Assembly (NCBI GenBank): GCA_965221955.1
Contig: CBDCTA010000022.1
Location: 32,001-96,000 of the forward strand
Direction of reading: 5' to 3'
Source: Gammaproteobacteria bacterium
GTDB taxonomy: Bacteria; Pseudomonadota; Gammaproteobacteria; UBA4575
Length of the DNA stretch: 64,000 bases
In this document: piece by piece, positions 38,870 through 49,980 of the stretch
How the letters are laid out: the number at the start of each line of letters is the position of its first letter
How positions within the stretch are numbered: the first letter of the stretch is position 1
Program-made: the position numbers and the translations under genes
The notes under the pieces: generated by a model
Told to the model about the DNA's origin: nothing
The model's database searches: none
Seen by the model: only the letters and a program-made list of their open reading frames with translations

Positions 38870-39748
38870 TTAGAATTTTTGTTTACTCAAATAATCAAAT
38901 AAAAAGTTGCTAAATGTCTTGATACGTACCACATGGCGTAAATCTGGATGATTAAGTATCCATAATTCAGCATGAAATTCAGGATCGGTTTTAAAAAGCC
39001 GCTGTAAATTATGATCTGTGTAATCTGAAGGTAGCAATGCAATTCCTAAACCTTGTGCGCATAATGCTGAGATGGTGCTCATATCACTTGCTGTACTTAC
39101 AAAATTTTCAGAATCATAAGTTTTTGAAAACCATTTATATGCATCGACTCGTTGTAAAAATTCATCAGCCCCAACTAATTTGTGATGAGCTAAATCTTTC
39201 ATTTTTTTTGGCCGACCATGCTTAGTGATGTACTGCTTACTTGCATAAACATGCCAGTCTAAATTACATACCTTACGCCCGATTAAATATTCAGGTGGTG
39301 AGGTAGTAGCACGTAAAGCCAAGTCTGCCTCCCTTCGAGATAAATCATGTTCTGCATCACTAACAATTACATCAATCTTGATTCCACAATGTTTTTCTCT
39401 GAACTTTGCTACACATGGCACTAAATACTTTATGGCGAGTGTTGCAGGTGTCGTGATACGAATTTCACCAGATAATTGATAATCTTTTCCCGCAACTGTG
39501 CGTTCAAAACTGTGTATTGAGCTTTCTGCCAAACGTGCATGCTCTATAACTGATGCTCCTGCCTCAGTCAGTGAATACCCATCAGGTAAACGGTCAAATA
39601 AACGAAGACCTAGCTTTTCTTCAAGCGTATTAATACGGCGAAATACCGTCGAATGATTTACAGAAAGCTTAGAAGCAGCGCCCGTAAGAGTCCCACTATC
39701 AGCTACCGCCAGAAAATATGGAATATCATTCCAATCAATCATTTGCAT
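38870..39748 (-). CDS. LysR-family transcriptional regulator
   Basis: N-terminal HTH (FLAVADSGTLTGAA..L.VNHSTVFRRI) plus substrate-binding domain. Confidence 0.95.
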   Translation of the reverse strand: MQMIDWNDIPYFLAVADSGTLTGAASKLSVNHSTVFRRINTLEEKLGLRLFDRLPDGYSLTEAGASVIEHARLAESSIHSFERTVAGKDYQLSGEIRITTPATLAIKYLVPCVAKFREKHCGIKIDVIVSDAEHDLSRREADLALRATTSPPEYLIGRKVCNLDWHVYASKQYITKHGRPKKMKDLAHHKLVGADEFLQRVDAYKWFSKTYDSENFVSTASDMSTISALCAQGLGIALLPSDYTDHNLQRLFKTDPEFHAELWILNHPDLRHVVRIKTFSNFLFDYLSKQKF

Positions 39749-39799
39749 TTATGCAAGTTAATTTTGCATATTTTGCTAATTTACTTGCGTATATGCAAG
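39743..39799. promoter_or_regulatory. Three phased TTGC...GCAA-type LysR boxes
   Basis: TTGC starts at 39743, 39764 and 39785 (21-bp period). Confidence 0.6.
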
Positions 39800-39843
39800 A
39801 ACTATTCTAGCACCAGTTCCACTACTCACAACGGAGAAACATT

Positions 39844-40344
39844 ATGAACCGATTGGAACATGCGAATTTAGTGGTTAAAGACATCAAAGCGACATTGGAA
39901 TTTCTCCAAACGGCATTTCCAGATTGGCGTGTACGAGGCCAAGGTGAAAATTCTTGGAATGGTAAAGCAAGACGCTGGTTGCACGTAGGAGATGACAACT
40001 ACTACATAACGTTGAACGATGGTGCCGAAGGTGAGATTCGAGACTTGACTGGACATACACCAGGACTTGCTCATTTAGGATTCGCGGTTGATGATGCAGA
40101 TGCAATCGTTGCACGCTTAGAAGCCAAAGGATTTTCAGTTCGAGTTAAAGACACAGAACATCCTTTTCGCAAAACATATTATTTTATTGATCCTGCTGGA
40201 TTCGAGTTTGAGTTTATGCAGTATTTAAGTGATAACGATGAAGAGCGAAATCAATATGTACCAGCCGGAACCACAAATGTAGATCCCAAATATGTAAAAC
40301 AATCTTCTAATACATCTGATGCTTATACGGAGGCCACGCTATGA
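39844..40344 (+). CDS. VOC/glyoxalase family protein
   Basis: LEHANLVV, GLAHLGFAV and YFIDPAGFEFEF motifs. Confidence 0.88.
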   Translation: MNRLEHANLVVKDIKATLEFLQTAFPDWRVRGQGENSWNGKARRWLHVGDDNYYITLNDGAEGEIRDLTGHTPGLAHLGFAVDDADAIVARLEAKGFSVRVKDTEHPFRKTYYFIDPAGFEFEFMQYLSDNDEERNQYVPAGTTNVDPKYVKQSSNTSDAYTEATL

Positions 40345-40742
40345 ATCAATACACAATGAATGAATATGGAGCGTTAATTCTGCGAGTCAGCTTGGGAGTG
40401 ATTATGCTTGCGCATAGTGCATATTTGAAATTAATTGTATTTAGTTTACCTGGCACTGCACAATTTTTTACCTCAATAGGATTGCCAGGGCCATTAGCAT
40501 ATTTGGTCTTCACTGTAGAAACGCTTGGAGGATTAGCTTTAATTTTAGGTTTCTATACACGGTATGTTGCTATCGCTTTAATCCCTATAGCACTAGGCGC
40601 TACATGGGCACACTTTGGATTTGGGTGGGTATTTTCCAATCAAGGCGGCGGTTGGGAGTACCCGATGTTTCTCGCTATAACATTATTAGTTCAAAGTCTA
40701 ATTGGCACGGGTGCGCATTCAATTCAAAGAGCTAAAAACTAA
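40341..40742 (+). CDS. DoxX family membrane protein
   Basis: LILRVSLG...AH and GGGWEYP motifs. Confidence 0.9.
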   Translation: MNQYTMNEYGALILRVSLGVIMLAHSAYLKLIVFSLPGTAQFFTSIGLPGPLAYLVFTVETLGGLALILGFYTRYVAIALIPIALGATWAHFGFGWVFSNQGGGWEYPMFLAITLLVQSLIGTGAHSIQRAKN

Positions 40743-40757
40743 TCGAGGTTTACAACG

Positions 40758-41495
40758 ATGAATACAAGCTCAAAAATATTATCTGCTAGAGAAACCATGG
40801 AAGGTAAAGACGCAAAGGTAAAACGATTATTTCCTATTCGATCTAGTCTTATGAATTATGATCCATTTGTTCTTTGGGATCATTTTGAGATTGCGCCTGG
40901 AATGGGTTTTCCTGAGCATCCGCATCGTGGCTTTGAGGCGATTACATATTTATTTAGCGGTGGAGTTGAACACAAAGATAACCTCAATAATCAATCAACA
41001 GTATATGCAGGTGGCGCACAGCGATTCACCGCAGGCAGAGGGATTGTTCATTCTGAAATGCCAATTGAAAATGTTACAAGTACAGGAATACAACTGTGGA
41101 TTAATTTGCCACAAAAATTAAAACAAATTAATCCATCCTATCAACAAGTAGATTCAGAGAATATGACTGAAAAAAATGATGAAGGTGTTCGTATAAAAAC
41201 TATTGTTGATGATGATAAAGGAATATCGTTACACACATCTGTGCAATTTTTAAATGTTATTTATGAAAAAGATACACAGCACACATTTGACATTTTACAC
41301 AATCATCGTGGGTTTGTTTATGTAGTTGATGGGGCTGTGATAGTTGATGGAATGGAAATTTATTCAAGCAATGCATATTTATTTGAAAAAATAGAAAAAT
41401 TAGAAGTAAAAGGTAATGAAAATACACATCTTATGTTGGTTAGCGGGGTACCTCATAACGAACCTATTTATCAACATGGCACATTTGTTGACTAA
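40758..41495 (+). CDS. Pirin family protein
   Basis: GFPEHPHRGFE, TAGRGIVHSE and QLWINLP motifs. Confidence 0.93.
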   Translation: MNTSSKILSARETMEGKDAKVKRLFPIRSSLMNYDPFVLWDHFEIAPGMGFPEHPHRGFEAITYLFSGGVEHKDNLNNQSTVYAGGAQRFTAGRGIVHSEMPIENVTSTGIQLWINLPQKLKQINPSYQQVDSENMTEKNDEGVRIKTIVDDDKGISLHTSVQFLNVIYEKDTQHTFDILHNHRGFVYVVDGAVIVDGMEIYSSNAYLFEKIEKLEVKGNENTHLMLVSGVPHNEPIYQHGTFVD

Positions 41496-41509
41496 CTTTG
41501 GAGCACACA

Positions 41510-42103
41510 ATGACTAAACAAGCCAATACAGACTACCCAATCCATGAGCTAATTGTTAATCGCTGGAGCCCATATCAATTTGCTGATCGTACTGTGTCAA
41601 AAGAAGATTTGCTTTCATTATTTGAGGCAGCACGTTGGGCTCCTTCTTCATATAACGAACAACCCTGGCGTTTTATTGTAGCCACTCAGAAACAGTCCAA
41701 AGAATTTGAAAAATTATTATCTTGCTTGGTACCTGCAAATCAAGAGTGGGCAAAGAATGCTAGTGCACTTGCACTTGGTGTGTCGCACTTAGTTTTTGAT
41801 CGAAATGGGAAAGAAAATAAAGCTGCCATTTATGATTTAGGAGCAGCAGTTTCTCATTTAACGTTTGAAGCAACCACAAGAGGAATATCTGTACATCAAA
41901 TGATTGGAATTGAACCCGCTAAAGCAAAAAAAGTGTACAACATACCTGAAAACTTTGAAGTGGTTACTGCATTCGCAATTGGATATTCAGATTTAAGTAA
42001 TCAAGGTTTGAAAGAATTAGCAGAACGTGATCAAACACCTCGACAAAGAAAAAAGGTATCCGAGTTTTTATATTCAAATGATTGGTCTTTACCTTTCACA
42101 TAA
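41510..42103 (+). CDS. Nitroreductase family protein
   Basis: RWSP and EAARWAPSSYNEQPWRF motifs; ATG at 41510 follows GGAG. Confidence 0.92.
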   Translation: MTKQANTDYPIHELIVNRWSPYQFADRTVSKEDLLSLFEAARWAPSSYNEQPWRFIVATQKQSKEFEKLLSCLVPANQEWAKNASALALGVSHLVFDRNGKENKAAIYDLGAAVSHLTFEATTRGISVHQMIGIEPAKAKKVYNIPENFEVVTAFAIGYSDLSNQGLKELAERDQTPRQRKKVSEFLYSNDWSLPFT

Positions 42104-42216
42104 AATCACACGTTGATTAAATGGTGGAAGAATGGGGGAAAATTTAAAACAGATTTTTATTTCATTAGTGGCGGTAATCTGCAATTAAATTTGCGAGTAA
42201 TACCCACTCGCATGTG

Positions 42217-42292
42217 TGGTGGCCAGGGGCAGAATCGAACTGCCGACACGAGGATTTTCAGTCCACTGCTCTACCAACTGAGCTACCTGGCC
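42217..42292 (-). tRNA. tRNA-Phe (GAA)
   Basis: Reverse complement GGCCAGGTAGCTCAGTTGGTAGAGCAGTGGACTGAAAATCCTCGTGTCGGCAGTTCGATTCTGCCCCTGGCCACCA: 76 nt, cloverleaf, CCA end. Confidence 0.97.
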
Positions 42293-42371
42293 AAGATCGA
42301 GGGTTTAATTGAAGCGGGCTATTAAACGGGGCTATATATAATGAGTCAATAGATTTTTCGATTATTAACGC

Positions 42372-42647
42372 TTATTTTGCGTCAGGATCTACAAATTCTT
42401 TAGGCACTTCTGAGCCTTCTCCAAAAAAGAATTTTTCCATTTCTTCTTCCAGAAACTTGCGTGCCTTAGGATCAACTGGTGTAAGGCGATATTCATTCAT
42501 CAACATGGTTTGATGTCCCACCCACATTTGCCAGCCTTCTTGAGAGACATTGTCATAAATTTTCTGCCCGAGCTCGCCGGGGTAAGGCATATATTCTAGA
42601 CCTTCAGCTTCTTTATTAAGCTTCACACATTGCACCATGCGCGTCAT
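42372..42647 (-). CDS. yggX: Fe(II) trafficking / oxidative damage protection protein
   Basis: [24 protein letters not shown] and [11 protein letters not shown] motifs. Confidence 0.95.
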   Translation of the reverse strand: MTRMVQCVKLNKEAEGLEYMPYPGELGQKIYDNVSQEGWQMWVGHQTMLMNEYRLTPVDPKARKFLEEEMEKFFFGEGSEVPKEFVDPDAK

Positions 42648-43719
42648 GGGACGATTCCTTATTTTGTTGTAAGACTTGTTCCAGCACTTTTTTCACCGGT
42701 GCGGCTAAGCCTATTTTTTGATCAGTCAATTTATACCAAACCCCGAGATCGTCTTCCATCACACCATTGGGTTTTTGATCCACTTTAATCAATTTAGGGT
42801 GCATCAATAGGCGAAAATGAGAAAAAGTGTGGGAAAAACTTGGCAAGGTTTGAGCAATTTCAACGCTTGGATTTAATTGATGTAGCCGACGCTTTAGAGA
42901 AGACAGATCTTTAAATTCAGGAAAGCTGTATAAGCCACCCCAAATGCCCGTAGGTGGACGCTTTTCCAGCCAAATAGAATGATCTTTTTCATGCTGAAAG
43001 ATCGCCATAACCACCTCTCGTTGTGGAATTTTCTTTGCTGATTTGGGTGTAGGCAATTCGTGTTGACGCTTTTGAAGATACGCAACACAGTCTGATTGCA
43101 CAGGGCATACCTCACACATTGGGTTGCTACGCATACACAATGTTGCACCTAAATCCATCATGGCTTGTGTGTACTGCGCAATGACTTGTTTGGGTTGTTG
43201 TTGAGGCAGTAATGTCTCTGCCTGTTTCCAAAGTTGCTGTTCGACTTCACGCTTGCCTGGCCAACCTTCTAATCCAAAATAACGCGTTAGCACTCGTTTT
43301 ACGTTGCCATCTAAAATGGCATGCACTTGATCAAAACTTAACGCTAGTATGGCCCCAGCAGTAGAACGACCAATTCCTGGTAATGCAATGACCTCATCAA
43401 TGCTATTTGGAAACTGGCCACTATGTTGCTCAACAATCTGTTGCGCCGCTTTATGTATGTTACGCGCACGTGCGTAATACCCTAACCCCGTCCAGTGATG
43501 CAACACTTCATCAATATCCGCTTCTGCTAATTTTTTCACAGTGGGAAACCGTTGCATAAACTTTTCATAATAGGGAATAACCGTTTCTACCCGCGTTTGT
43601 TGCAGCATGATTTCAGACACCCAAATACGATAGGGGTCTTTAACAATTTGCCATGGTAAATTTTTACGACCATATTCAGCATACCAAGTTAAAACATGTT
43701 GACTAAAAGAGGGCTTCAT
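42616..43719 (-). CDS. mutY: A/G-specific adenine glycosylase
   Basis: [30 protein letters not shown] and the Cx6Cx2Cx5C cluster. Confidence 0.97.
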   Translation of the reverse strand: MKPSFSQHVLTWYAEYGRKNLPWQIVKDPYRIWVSEIMLQQTRVETVIPYYEKFMQRFPTVKKLAEADIDEVLHHWTGLGYYARARNIHKAAQQIVEQHSGQFPNSIDEVIALPGIGRSTAGAILALSFDQVHAILDGNVKRVLTRYFGLEGWPGKREVEQQLWKQAETLLPQQQPKQVIAQYTQAMMDLGATLCMRSNPMCEVCPVQSDCVAYLQKRQHELPTPKSAKKIPQREVVMAIFQHEKDHSIWLEKRPPTGIWGGLYSFPEFKDLSSLKRRLHQLNPSVEIAQTLPSFSHTFSHFRLLMHPKLIKVDQKPNGVMEDDLGVWYKLTDQKIGLAAPVKKVLEQVLQQNKESSHDAHGAMCEA

Positions 43720-43722
43720 TTT

Positions 43723-44265
43723 TTATTGTTGGGCTTGATGCTGTAGTAGCGTAACGCTTTGTAACACGCGTTTTTTAAATTTTTTCTTCAACACATAGGA
43801 ACGGATTAAAGGGGGTATCCAAAATTTAGGCTGCATACGTGCTTCATAATCTACTCTTGTACTCTCAGAATGCGAGGTTAGCACCCAGCTTGCATAGCCT
43901 GATTTTAAATCACTTAACATAGGAACAATATATGCCTCTAACTTTGTATTCTCGTCTTGGCTAATATCTTCTACACGCGTAAGGTTTTTGCAAAAAAACA
44001 AAATACAATCTTTGATAACGGTTTTTACTCTTAGACTGTTTTCGACAGGAGAGCTAAGTTGCACGCTTTCGATAATCGCGGGGTTGAGGTCTGCAATATT
44101 CTCAAAATCTGTTAACACCGCCATGACACTTTCGGGTGACGCCTTAACGTCAAATGTAGCGTTCAAATAGTAGGTTTTATTTTCATAACGGACACTGACT
44201 TCCGTCGCGTTCGCATAGGTGCAAATATTCAGCCAAAGAAAAAGTCCCCAAACGAGGGCTTTCAT
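43723..44265 (-). CDS. SRPBCC/START-like secreted protein
   Basis: Signal peptide; VMAVLTDFEN and P.FWIPPLI patterns. Confidence 0.65.
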   Translation of the reverse strand: MKALVWGLFLWLNICTYANATEVSVRYENKTYYLNATFDVKASPESVMAVLTDFENIADLNPAIIESVQLSSPVENSLRVKTVIKDCILFFCKNLTRVEDISQDENTKLEAYIVPMLSDLKSGYASWVLTSHSESTRVDYEARMQPKFWIPPLIRSYVLKKKFKKRVLQSVTLLQHQAQQ

Positions 44266-46235
44266 TAGAATAGTTTTAGTTTGTCTTTAATGGACTTCCC
44301 TAAACCTTCTCCTAACTTTTCAGTGATTTCTTCGTCAATTTTTTCATCGATTTTTTCTTGTAGTTCTTCTTTCTTTTCGGCAATTTTTTCAGCTTGTGCA
44401 CACTTTAACGCAGCTGTGACATCTACACCGTAACTTAACTTTTCAAACGGTCCCTTTATGGAAACCGGCACTCCGCATTTATCAGGCTCTTCAGACAAGC
44501 CAATCTCAATATCGTAGTCGGTTTCGGATTTTGCAATGTCCACTTGTCCTTTCCCTTTTGCATGAATCAAAGGTGTGTTGAGTGTGAAATCTTTATTGTC
44601 TGATAACCCATTGGTAACATTAAATGTACCAAATAATTTATCAAATACTAATTCTTCTCCTGTGGGTTTAGGGTCGCGGCCTTTCAACAATGCAGCGGCT
44701 TTTTCTACATTGGCCGCCAATTTTGCATCACGCAAAGCGCCATTGGCTGCGTTTAACTTCACTTGTCCATCTAATGCGCGTTTGAGGTCGGCAACAGAAT
44801 TTCCTGTGGTATTCACATTTAATGAGAGATTACTCAGGCCACGAATATAAGCCTGCTCTTCCCCTAAGAAATCAATACTGAGCTTATCGATTGCGACATT
44901 TGCAATATCGGTTGCGAGTGCATATTTAGGCGTATCGCCACGCACATCCACACTGGCCTTGCCCTTCATCGAACCATCATAAAGATTCATGGACATAGGT
45001 GTAATTTGCAACAAGCCTCCCTTTGCCGTTACAGTAGCTTTCACATTAGTCATGGTCATACCAGAAACAATCAATTTCCCCACTGCAACATCTCCATTCA
45101 CCCGCATATCACGAAGCGTTTTCGTAGGTAATTCAATCGGCTCATTTTCATCTGCCGGGGTACTCTCGGCTTTCTCTTCTGCACTCGAGGTGGGTAATAA
45201 TTTATCCAGATCTAATAACTCTGAAGCTAATGAAAACTTAACATTGGGTTTACTAAACGATTGTACCGATGCATTACCAGTGAGCTGAGAATCCACCATC
45301 GACAACACCAGTGAAGAAAGACTTAAGGCTTCATTGGCAATATCTGCATCAATATTGGTTTGCATGTCTACCTCTAACTTGCCTTCTGGAAACGCATCGC
45401 CGGTGCCTGCAATCTTTATCTTTGTGTCTTGCATGGCATACTTTTGCGTTGCAAAGTTGCCACTTACATTTGAAGTTAGAGCTAAATCCATGGCGCCATT
45501 AGGAAAAGAATCGCCCGTTGAATGTAAATCTACATTTAGACCGTTTAACTTTAACGTTTGGGCTTTAGAATCAAACAATGCTTTTGATGCAATGACTAAA
45601 CTTGCATCCATTACAGGAGCAGCATTTTTTAAGTTTAAATCCATTTTTACATCGGTTTCTTTTCCATCTCCTAATTCGCCAGTGATTAAATTAAAAGGAG
45701 CAATTTGAACTTTGGTGCCTGCTTGCGCATCATGCCACGACAATTCAGCATCTGTAATTTCAATACCATTTACCACCACTTCTATATCAGGTGAAGTTGA
45801 ACTTTCTTCTTTCGGGGCTGCTTCTGTTTTTTCTTCAGGAATTAAGTCATCCCAATTGGAAACACCTTGTGCATTTTTTTGTAAATTAGCTTTTAAGCCA
45901 TGCAATTTAATTTTAGAAGCATGCACTTGCTTTTTTAACAGTGGTAACAATTCAACATGAACATCTACTTCTTCTACACTTACCATGGGTTGATCACCAA
46001 ACCCTGCAGCATTTCCGAAAGAGGTGCTGCCTAAACTAATCCCTAAGCGAGGCATCCAGCTATTTTTTATATCGCCTGTAATCACAAGGTCGCGGCCAGT
46101 TTTTTCTTTTGCAACCGCCATGATTTGTTCTTTGTAATTATTCAGATCTAAAGTAGATAAAAAGAATCCCGCAACTCCCACCACAATTAAGACCAATAAA
46201 ACGATTCCAATGATGAGATATTTAAGTGCTTTCAT
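44265..46235 (-). CDS. AsmA family protein
   Basis: N-terminal TM helix, DLNNYKEQI..TGRDL.I.G, beta-rich repeats; upstream of mutY. Confidence 0.88.
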   Translation of the reverse strand: MKALKYLIIGIVLLVLIVVGVAGFFLSTLDLNNYKEQIMAVAKEKTGRDLVITGDIKNSWMPRLGISLGSTSFGNAAGFGDQPMVSVEEVDVHVELLPLLKKQVHASKIKLHGLKANLQKNAQGVSNWDDLIPEEKTEAAPKEESSTSPDIEVVVNGIEITDAELSWHDAQAGTKVQIAPFNLITGELGDGKETDVKMDLNLKNAAPVMDASLVIASKALFDSKAQTLKLNGLNVDLHSTGDSFPNGAMDLALTSNVSGNFATQKYAMQDTKIKIAGTGDAFPEGKLEVDMQTNIDADIANEALSLSSLVLSMVDSQLTGNASVQSFSKPNVKFSLASELLDLDKLLPTSSAEEKAESTPADENEPIELPTKTLRDMRVNGDVAVGKLIVSGMTMTNVKATVTAKGGLLQITPMSMNLYDGSMKGKASVDVRGDTPKYALATDIANVAIDKLSIDFLGEEQAYIRGLSNLSLNVNTTGNSVADLKRALDGQVKLNAANGALRDAKLAANVEKAAALLKGRDPKPTGEELVFDKLFGTFNVTNGLSDNKDFTLNTPLIHAKGKGQVDIAKSETDYDIEIGLSEEPDKCGVPVSIKGPFEKLSYGVDVTAALKCAQAEKIAEKKEELQEKIDEKIDEEITEKLGEGLGKSIKDKLKLF

Positions 46236-46302
46236 GAAAACTCCTAGCCTTATTATTTTTTCGATGGCTTGTTTTTTTTAGACCTTACTTCAAACAGTAA
46301 GT

Positions 46303-46782
46303 TTAGCCCTCACGTGTCCAGGTGCCTGACTTTCCGCCTTGTTTACTCAACAGTGCGATATCTTGCAGCACCATGCCACGATCAGCCGCTTTACACATGT
46401 CATAAATTGTTAATAATGCAATTTGCACTGCAGTAATGGCTTCCATCTCCACGCCCGTTTGCCCGCGCGTTTCGACCGTGGCTTTGCAATACACTGCAGT
46501 CGGTGCTTCTTCAATACTAAATTCTACCTCTACAGCGGTCAGCACCAAGGGGTGGCATAACGGTACTAATTCTGAGGTTTTCTTTGCCCCCATGATGCCT
46601 GCAATGCGTGCAATTCCCAACACATCTCCTTTTTTATGACCGCCACTTTGAATCAATTGTAAGGTTTCCGTCTGCATACGAATACGCCCATCTGCCACAG
46701 CAATGCGGTGACTCATGGGCTTTTCGCCTACATTGACCATGTGGGCTTCCCCTTGCGGATTAAAGTGCGTCAACTTACTCAT
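46303..46782 (-). CDS. moaC: Cyclic pyranopterin monophosphate synthase
   Basis: LTHFN..GEAHMV, LVPLCHP, TGVEMEA and YDMCKA motifs. Confidence 0.96.
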   Translation of the reverse strand: MSKLTHFNPQGEAHMVNVGEKPMSHRIAVADGRIRMQTETLQLIQSGGHKKGDVLGIARIAGIMGAKKTSELVPLCHPLVLTAVEVEFSIEEAPTAVYCKATVETRGQTGVEMEAITAVQIALLTIYDMCKAADRGMVLQDIALLSKQGGKSGTWTREG

Positions 46783-46847
46783 AGTAAACAGATGGTACCA
46801 TTTCGTACTCAATTGTAGGCAATGAATTCAGCGTTTATATTAATGAC

Positions 46848-47081
46848 ATGACTGTACACATTAAATATTTTGCCAGCTTGCGCGAAACCCTTGGGCGCAA
46901 CAGTGATGAGCTATCCATTTCGAACACCGTCACTGTGGAAGAAATTTGGAATCAAGTAACCGAAAGTTCTCAACGTCCAGAAAACATATTGGTTGCAGTG
47001 AACCAAGAATATGCACAATTTGATCATCCGGTGAACGACGGAGATGAAGTAGCGTTTTTCCCTCCCGTAACAGGTGGATAG
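46848..47081 (+). CDS. moaD: Molybdopterin synthase sulfur carrier subunit
   Basis: YFASLRE ... GDEVAFFPPVTGG. Confidence 0.95.
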   Translation: MTVHIKYFASLRETLGRNSDELSISNTVTVEEIWNQVTESSQRPENILVAVNQEYAQFDHPVNDGDEVAFFPPVTGG

Positions 47082-47124
47082 CCTTATCCAATTAATCGTT
47101 TAAATTCGGTTACCACTTCAAAAC

Positions 47125-47451
47125 ATGAATTATATTAAAAATGATCATGTCATTTATGTTGGCAAAGGATTTAACTTTTTGGCATTTGTTTTTTCTTGGG
47201 GCTGGTTACTTGCAAAAGGACTTTGGTTGTATGGCTTTATTTTCATGATAATTCAAATTCCTCTGTACTTTTATGCCATTGCAAGTTCCGAATCACTTAC
47301 TTTGATTTCAGAAAATTCAATGAGCATTTCGCATGCTTTCTTGCTAGTACCGAATTTGGTTCTATTGGTGATTCATCTATACATTGGTTACAAAGGTAAC
47401 GTGTGGAGAGAAAACTTATTACAACGCAAAGGTTATAATCTAATCGATTAG
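47125..47451 (+). CDS. DUF2628-like membrane protein
   Basis: GFNFLAFVFSWGW...GN.W...L..KGY pattern. Confidence 0.65.
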   Translation: MNYIKNDHVIYVGKGFNFLAFVFSWGWLLAKGLWLYGFIFMIIQIPLYFYAIASSESLTLISENSMSISHAFLLVPNLVLLVIHLYIGYKGNVWRENLLQRKGYNLID

Positions 47452-47454
47452 AAA

Positions 47455-48819
47455 TTATTGAATCAACAAAAACAAACCGCGTGAATCGCGTTGAATATTT
47501 AACAATACTGCATCCCGATTTTTCTTTAGTGCTGCTTTCATATCGCGGATGGTTTTTACGCGTTGCTTGTTCACACTTAAGATAAGATCTCCCTTTCGCA
47601 AACCCGAAGTCGCAGCTCTACCTTCTACATCGACTACCTCAATTCCCGATATCGATCCGCGAGCGGTATCTTCACTCACTTCACTAAATACCGCACCCTC
47701 TAAGCGTTGATTGAGTTTCTTACCTTGCACGGTTTTCATAATTTTATCTTCAACCATGGCTTTAAGCGTACGCGCTTTGCCATTGCGCAAAACTTTAACG
47801 GTTACTTGTTCGCCGATACGTAATAATCCGATTTCATTACGTACTTGCGCAGAACTGGTCGCATCCTTTCCATTGACGGCAATAATCACATCGCCTACTT
47901 GCATATCTGCTTTTTCTGCCGGTGAATCGGCTTCTACGCGTGCTACCACAACGCCTTTATTACGTGAAATGCCAAAAGCTTGTGCAAGTTCTGGTGTTAA
48001 GTCTTGTGCGCTAAAGCCCAAGCGACCCCGTTTTACTTCACCATGCTCAATTAATTGTGCGGTAATTTGTTGCGCCATGTTAATTGGTATGGCAAATCCG
48101 ATACCGACATTGCCACCACTGGGCCCATAAATCGCAGTGTTAATGCCAATCAATTCACCACGCAAATTGACTAAGGCACCTCCTGAATTACCGGGGTTAA
48201 TTGAAGCATCGGTTTGAATAAAATCTTCATAGGACTCAATACCTAGTCCACTTCGGCCTAAGGCACTTACGATGCCTGATGTTACCGTTTGACCCAAACC
48301 AAACGGATTACCAATCGCCACAACAAAATCACCTTGTCGCAAGGTATCAGAATTACCAAATGAAATTTCACTCAGATTCGTCGCATCAATTTGAATCACA
48401 GCGATATCCGCGCCCGGGTCTTTACCTATTACTTTGGCATCAAAGCGTTGACCATCTTCCAATGTCACCACAATATCGTGTGCCTTATCGATTACATGTG
48501 AGTTTGTAATTACGTAGCCATTTGCAGCATCAATAATGACTCCTGACCCCAAACCCGTCGTACGACGCTCACGCTGTCGTTGTGGAATATCAAAAAAACG
48601 ACGAAAAAAAGGATCATCAAAGAACGGATCGCGTACTACAACTTTTCCAGTAGTCGAAATATTCACCACAGCAGGAGTCGTGCGTTCCAACATAGGCGCC
48701 AGAGAAGGCAGAGGCTCACCTTCTACACTATTTGGCAAACCTGCAAACACGTTTGTTGCACCAACACTGAACACAAGTAGAGTAACTAAAACCAAACGAT
48801 GTTGCATTTTTAATTTCAT
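47455..48819 (-). CDS. degQ: DegQ/DegP-family serine endoprotease with two PDZ domains
   Basis: GSGVII, TNSHV and IQTDASINPGNSGGAL motifs. Confidence 0.92.
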   Translation of the reverse strand: MKLKMQHRLVLVTLLVFSVGATNVFAGLPNSVEGEPLPSLAPMLERTTPAVVNISTTGKVVVRDPFFDDPFFRRFFDIPQRQRERRTTGLGSGVIIDAANGYVITNSHVIDKAHDIVVTLEDGQRFDAKVIGKDPGADIAVIQIDATNLSEISFGNSDTLRQGDFVVAIGNPFGLGQTVTSGIVSALGRSGLGIESYEDFIQTDASINPGNSGGALVNLRGELIGINTAIYGPSGGNVGIGFAIPINMAQQITAQLIEHGEVKRGRLGFSAQDLTPELAQAFGISRNKGVVVARVEADSPAEKADMQVGDVIIAVNGKDATSSAQVRNEIGLLRIGEQVTVKVLRNGKARTLKAMVEDKIMKTVQGKKLNQRLEGAVFSEVSEDTARGSISGIEVVDVEGRAATSGLRKGDLILSVNKQRVKTIRDMKAALKKNRDAVLLNIQRDSRGLFLLIQ

Positions 48820-48912
48820 AAAGAATTATAGAAAATGACTATGCTTTTTAAAGAAACTGAATTATACGATTAAAACGCTTGGCTTGAGTAATGCTAATTT
48901 AACTCAACCGAT

Positions 48913-49842
48913 TTACAGTTTTTGCCGGGGATTAAATTCAAAGCGTTTTTCCATCTCCTCGAAATAACGCTTATCTTCGTCATCTTTAATTGGGGGCATC
49001 ATGATTTGTAGTGTGACAATTTGATCACCCGCAGGTGTACCACTCAAACCACGTTTCTTTAAACGCAATTTTTTACCGGACTGTGAACCAGCAGGGATTT
49101 TCGTTTCCACGCGCCCACCTAAAGTAGGCACTTGAACACGTGCGCCCATCGCCGCTTCCCATGGACTAATAGGAAGATCTAACAAAACGTTTTTACCCTC
49201 CACTTTAAATAATCGGTTCGGCGAAATGGTCACTTCTAAATATAAGTCACCATTCGGTCCACCACCTGTTCCTGCGCCTCCTTGACCCGCGAGACGAATA
49301 CGTTTACCAGAAGTGATGCCTTTGGGAATTTTTACATCCAAGTTACGCCCACTGCCTAAACGAATATTTTTCTTGGCACCATTGAATGCATCTTCTAGGC
49401 TTACTGAAATACTTGCGTGCTGATCGGCACCTTTCGATTGAAATCCACGTTGCTGAAAACCCTGTGCACCACCATGTTGCGCAAAACCGCCACCAAACAT
49501 GGATTCAAAAAAATCACTAAAACCACTCGCACCAAAACCACCACTTGAAGCGGTTTGTCCTGCAAAACCTGCATTTGCAAAAATATCTTCCCAACCTGGA
49601 GGCGGATTAAAATCCTGTCCTGCTTTCCAGTTCGCACCTAATTGATCATAGGCTTGACGTTTTTCAGAGTCTTTTAACACTTCATACGCTTCGCCTACTT
49701 CTTTAAATTTTTCTTCAGCGTTGGATTCTTTACTTACGTCGGGATGATACTTACGCGCAAGACGACGATAAGCTGTTTTAATTTCAGCTTCTTTAGCATC
49801 CCTCTCAACGCCGAGTATTTTGTAATAATCTTTATATTCCAT
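48913..49842 (-). CDS. cbpA: DnaJ-class co-chaperone CbpA
   Basis: J-domain HPD, G/F-rich region, no zinc finger. Confidence 0.88.
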   Translation of the reverse strand: MEYKDYYKILGVERDAKEAEIKTAYRRLARKYHPDVSKESNAEEKFKEVGEAYEVLKDSEKRQAYDQLGANWKAGQDFNPPPGWEDIFANAGFAGQTASSGGFGASGFSDFFESMFGGGFAQHGGAQGFQQRGFQSKGADQHASISVSLEDAFNGAKKNIRLGSGRNLDVKIPKGITSGKRIRLAGQGGAGTGGGPNGDLYLEVTISPNRLFKVEGKNVLLDLPISPWEAAMGARVQVPTLGGRVETKIPAGSQSGKKLRLKKRGLSGTPAGDQIVTLQIMMPPIKDDEDKRYFEEMEKRFEFNPRQKL

Positions 49843-49902
49843 CTCAATAATGAATCTCTTACACTTAAGTTATATTGCTGTTCATCTCGATTAGTCAACA
49901 CT

Positions 49903-49928
49903 AAAGCGCCGCGAATAAACGCGGCGCT
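49903..49928 (-). terminator. Stem-loop after the Hsp20 gene
   Basis: AGCGCCGCG/CGCGGCGCT stem with a short U tract. Confidence 0.55.
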
Positions 49929-49980
49929 CATGACTATCCTTGTACAACTTCCTTATTTGTAAACTTCCATAACTGGCCGT

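Noticed and set aside
36060-42292. Prophage/ICE integrated at tRNA-Phe
   Set aside because: No integrase and no convincing duplication of the tRNA 3' end.
42113-42325. 70-aa ORF
   Set aside because: It is the antisense translation of tRNA-Phe.
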